A model generated the notes under the pieces. It was not told the DNA's origin, did not search any database, and was given only the letters and a program-made list of their open reading frames with translations. A DNA stretch of 64,000 nucleotides from Octopus sinensis (taxonomy: Eukaryota): contig NC_043010.1 in the NCBI RefSeq assembly GCF_006345805.1, forward strand, positions 9,858,001 to 9,922,000. The letters run 5' to 3'. Numbering within the stretch: the first letter of the stretch is position 1; every line of letters begins with the position of its first letter. A program made the translations under genes and the position numbers. This document shows positions 63,113 to 64,000 of the stretch, piece after piece.

Positions 63113-63535
63113 GGTGCAGGAGTGGCTGTGTGGTAATATATAGGTGCAGGAGTGGCTTGTGGTAAGTACCAACCACATGCTTCCGGGTTCAGTCCCACTG
63201 CATGGCATCTTGGGCAAATGTCTTCTACTATAGCCTCGGGCTGACCAAAGCCTTGTGAGTGGATTTGGTAGACAGAAACTGAAAGAAGCCCGTCGTATAT
63301 ATGTATATATATATATGTATGTGCGTGTATGTTTCTGTGTCTGTGTTTGTCCCCCTAGCATTGCTTGACAACCGATGTTGGTGTGTTTATGTCCCCGTTA
63401 CTTAGCGGTTCAGCAAAAGAGACCGATAGAATAAGTACTGGGTTTACAAAGAATAAGTCCCGGGGTCGAGTTGCTCGATTAAAGGCGGTGCTCCAGCATG
63501 GCCACAGTCAAAATGACTGAAACAAGTAAATAGAA
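63113..63535 (+). mobile_element. SINE family A with a duplicated 5' end
   Basis: ataggtgcaggagtggct occurs twice at the head. Confidence 0.9.
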
Positions 63536-63896
63536 ATAAAAAGAAAAAAATATATATGCATATGAACACACAGTAGGCTTCCACATAGTTTCCATCAACC
63601 AAATTCACTCACAAGATGCCTTATAGAGGGACTGAACCTGAAACCACATGGTTGTAAAGGTAAAGTAAGCTTCTTAACCATACAGCTATGTCTGTGCCCA
63701 TATTTACAGTTCTTCACTTCAGTTCTTCATGCTTATCCAATATTTCTAATTTATTTCAAAAGAGGAAGAGAAACCTTTACTAAAATAACCTGTTAATAGT
63801 TTAAGGACTACATCTCCTTTGACTTTACTTAATTGTTAATTATGGAATATCAGAAGGTGAGCAAAGAAACAAATATTTTTATTATTATTGTTGTAA

Positions 63897-64000
63897 AGGC
63901 AGCAAGCTGGCTGAATGACTAACACACCGGGCAAAATGCTTAGCAGTATTTTACTTGTCTTTTTGTTCTGAGTTCAAATTCAGTCTAGGTCAACTTTGCC
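63897..64000 (+). mobile_element. SINE family B (cut by the window edge)
   Basis: Family B head. Confidence 0.8.

Overview
AT-rich, repeat-saturated animal genomic DNA. The repeat families resemble those of octopus or another coleoid cephalopod; this is an inference from pattern recognition, not a database result. No intact protein-coding gene is visible, and almost all long ORFs in the track are microsatellite artefacts. Most of the window is tRNA-derived SINEs (labelled A-D here), a (GAT)n-tailed repeat (E), microsatellites and small DNA transposons (hAT, piggyBac). It also holds decayed coding fragments of CR1-like, RTE-like and R4/Dong-like (RLE) LINEs, a Gypsy integrase, a Tc1/mariner transposase and Penelope-like (GIY-YIG) elements. 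The most notable signal is a set of type I hammerhead ribozyme motifs read directly from the sequence. Three different motifs with intact cores lie on the minus strand within 1.35 kb (46338-47675). A fourth intact one sits in the unique spacer of a recent inverted-plus-direct duplication (58622-58664). A pair of variants (CCGACGA core) forms a 77-bp perfect palindrome (43019-43179), and several more degenerate copies occur elsewhere. Several motifs are accompanied by an inverted partial copy that would sequester the ribozyme. A strong candidate minus-strand exon (49609-49705) lies about 1.9 kb upstream of the cluster on the same strand. Ribozyme activity and transcription are untested.
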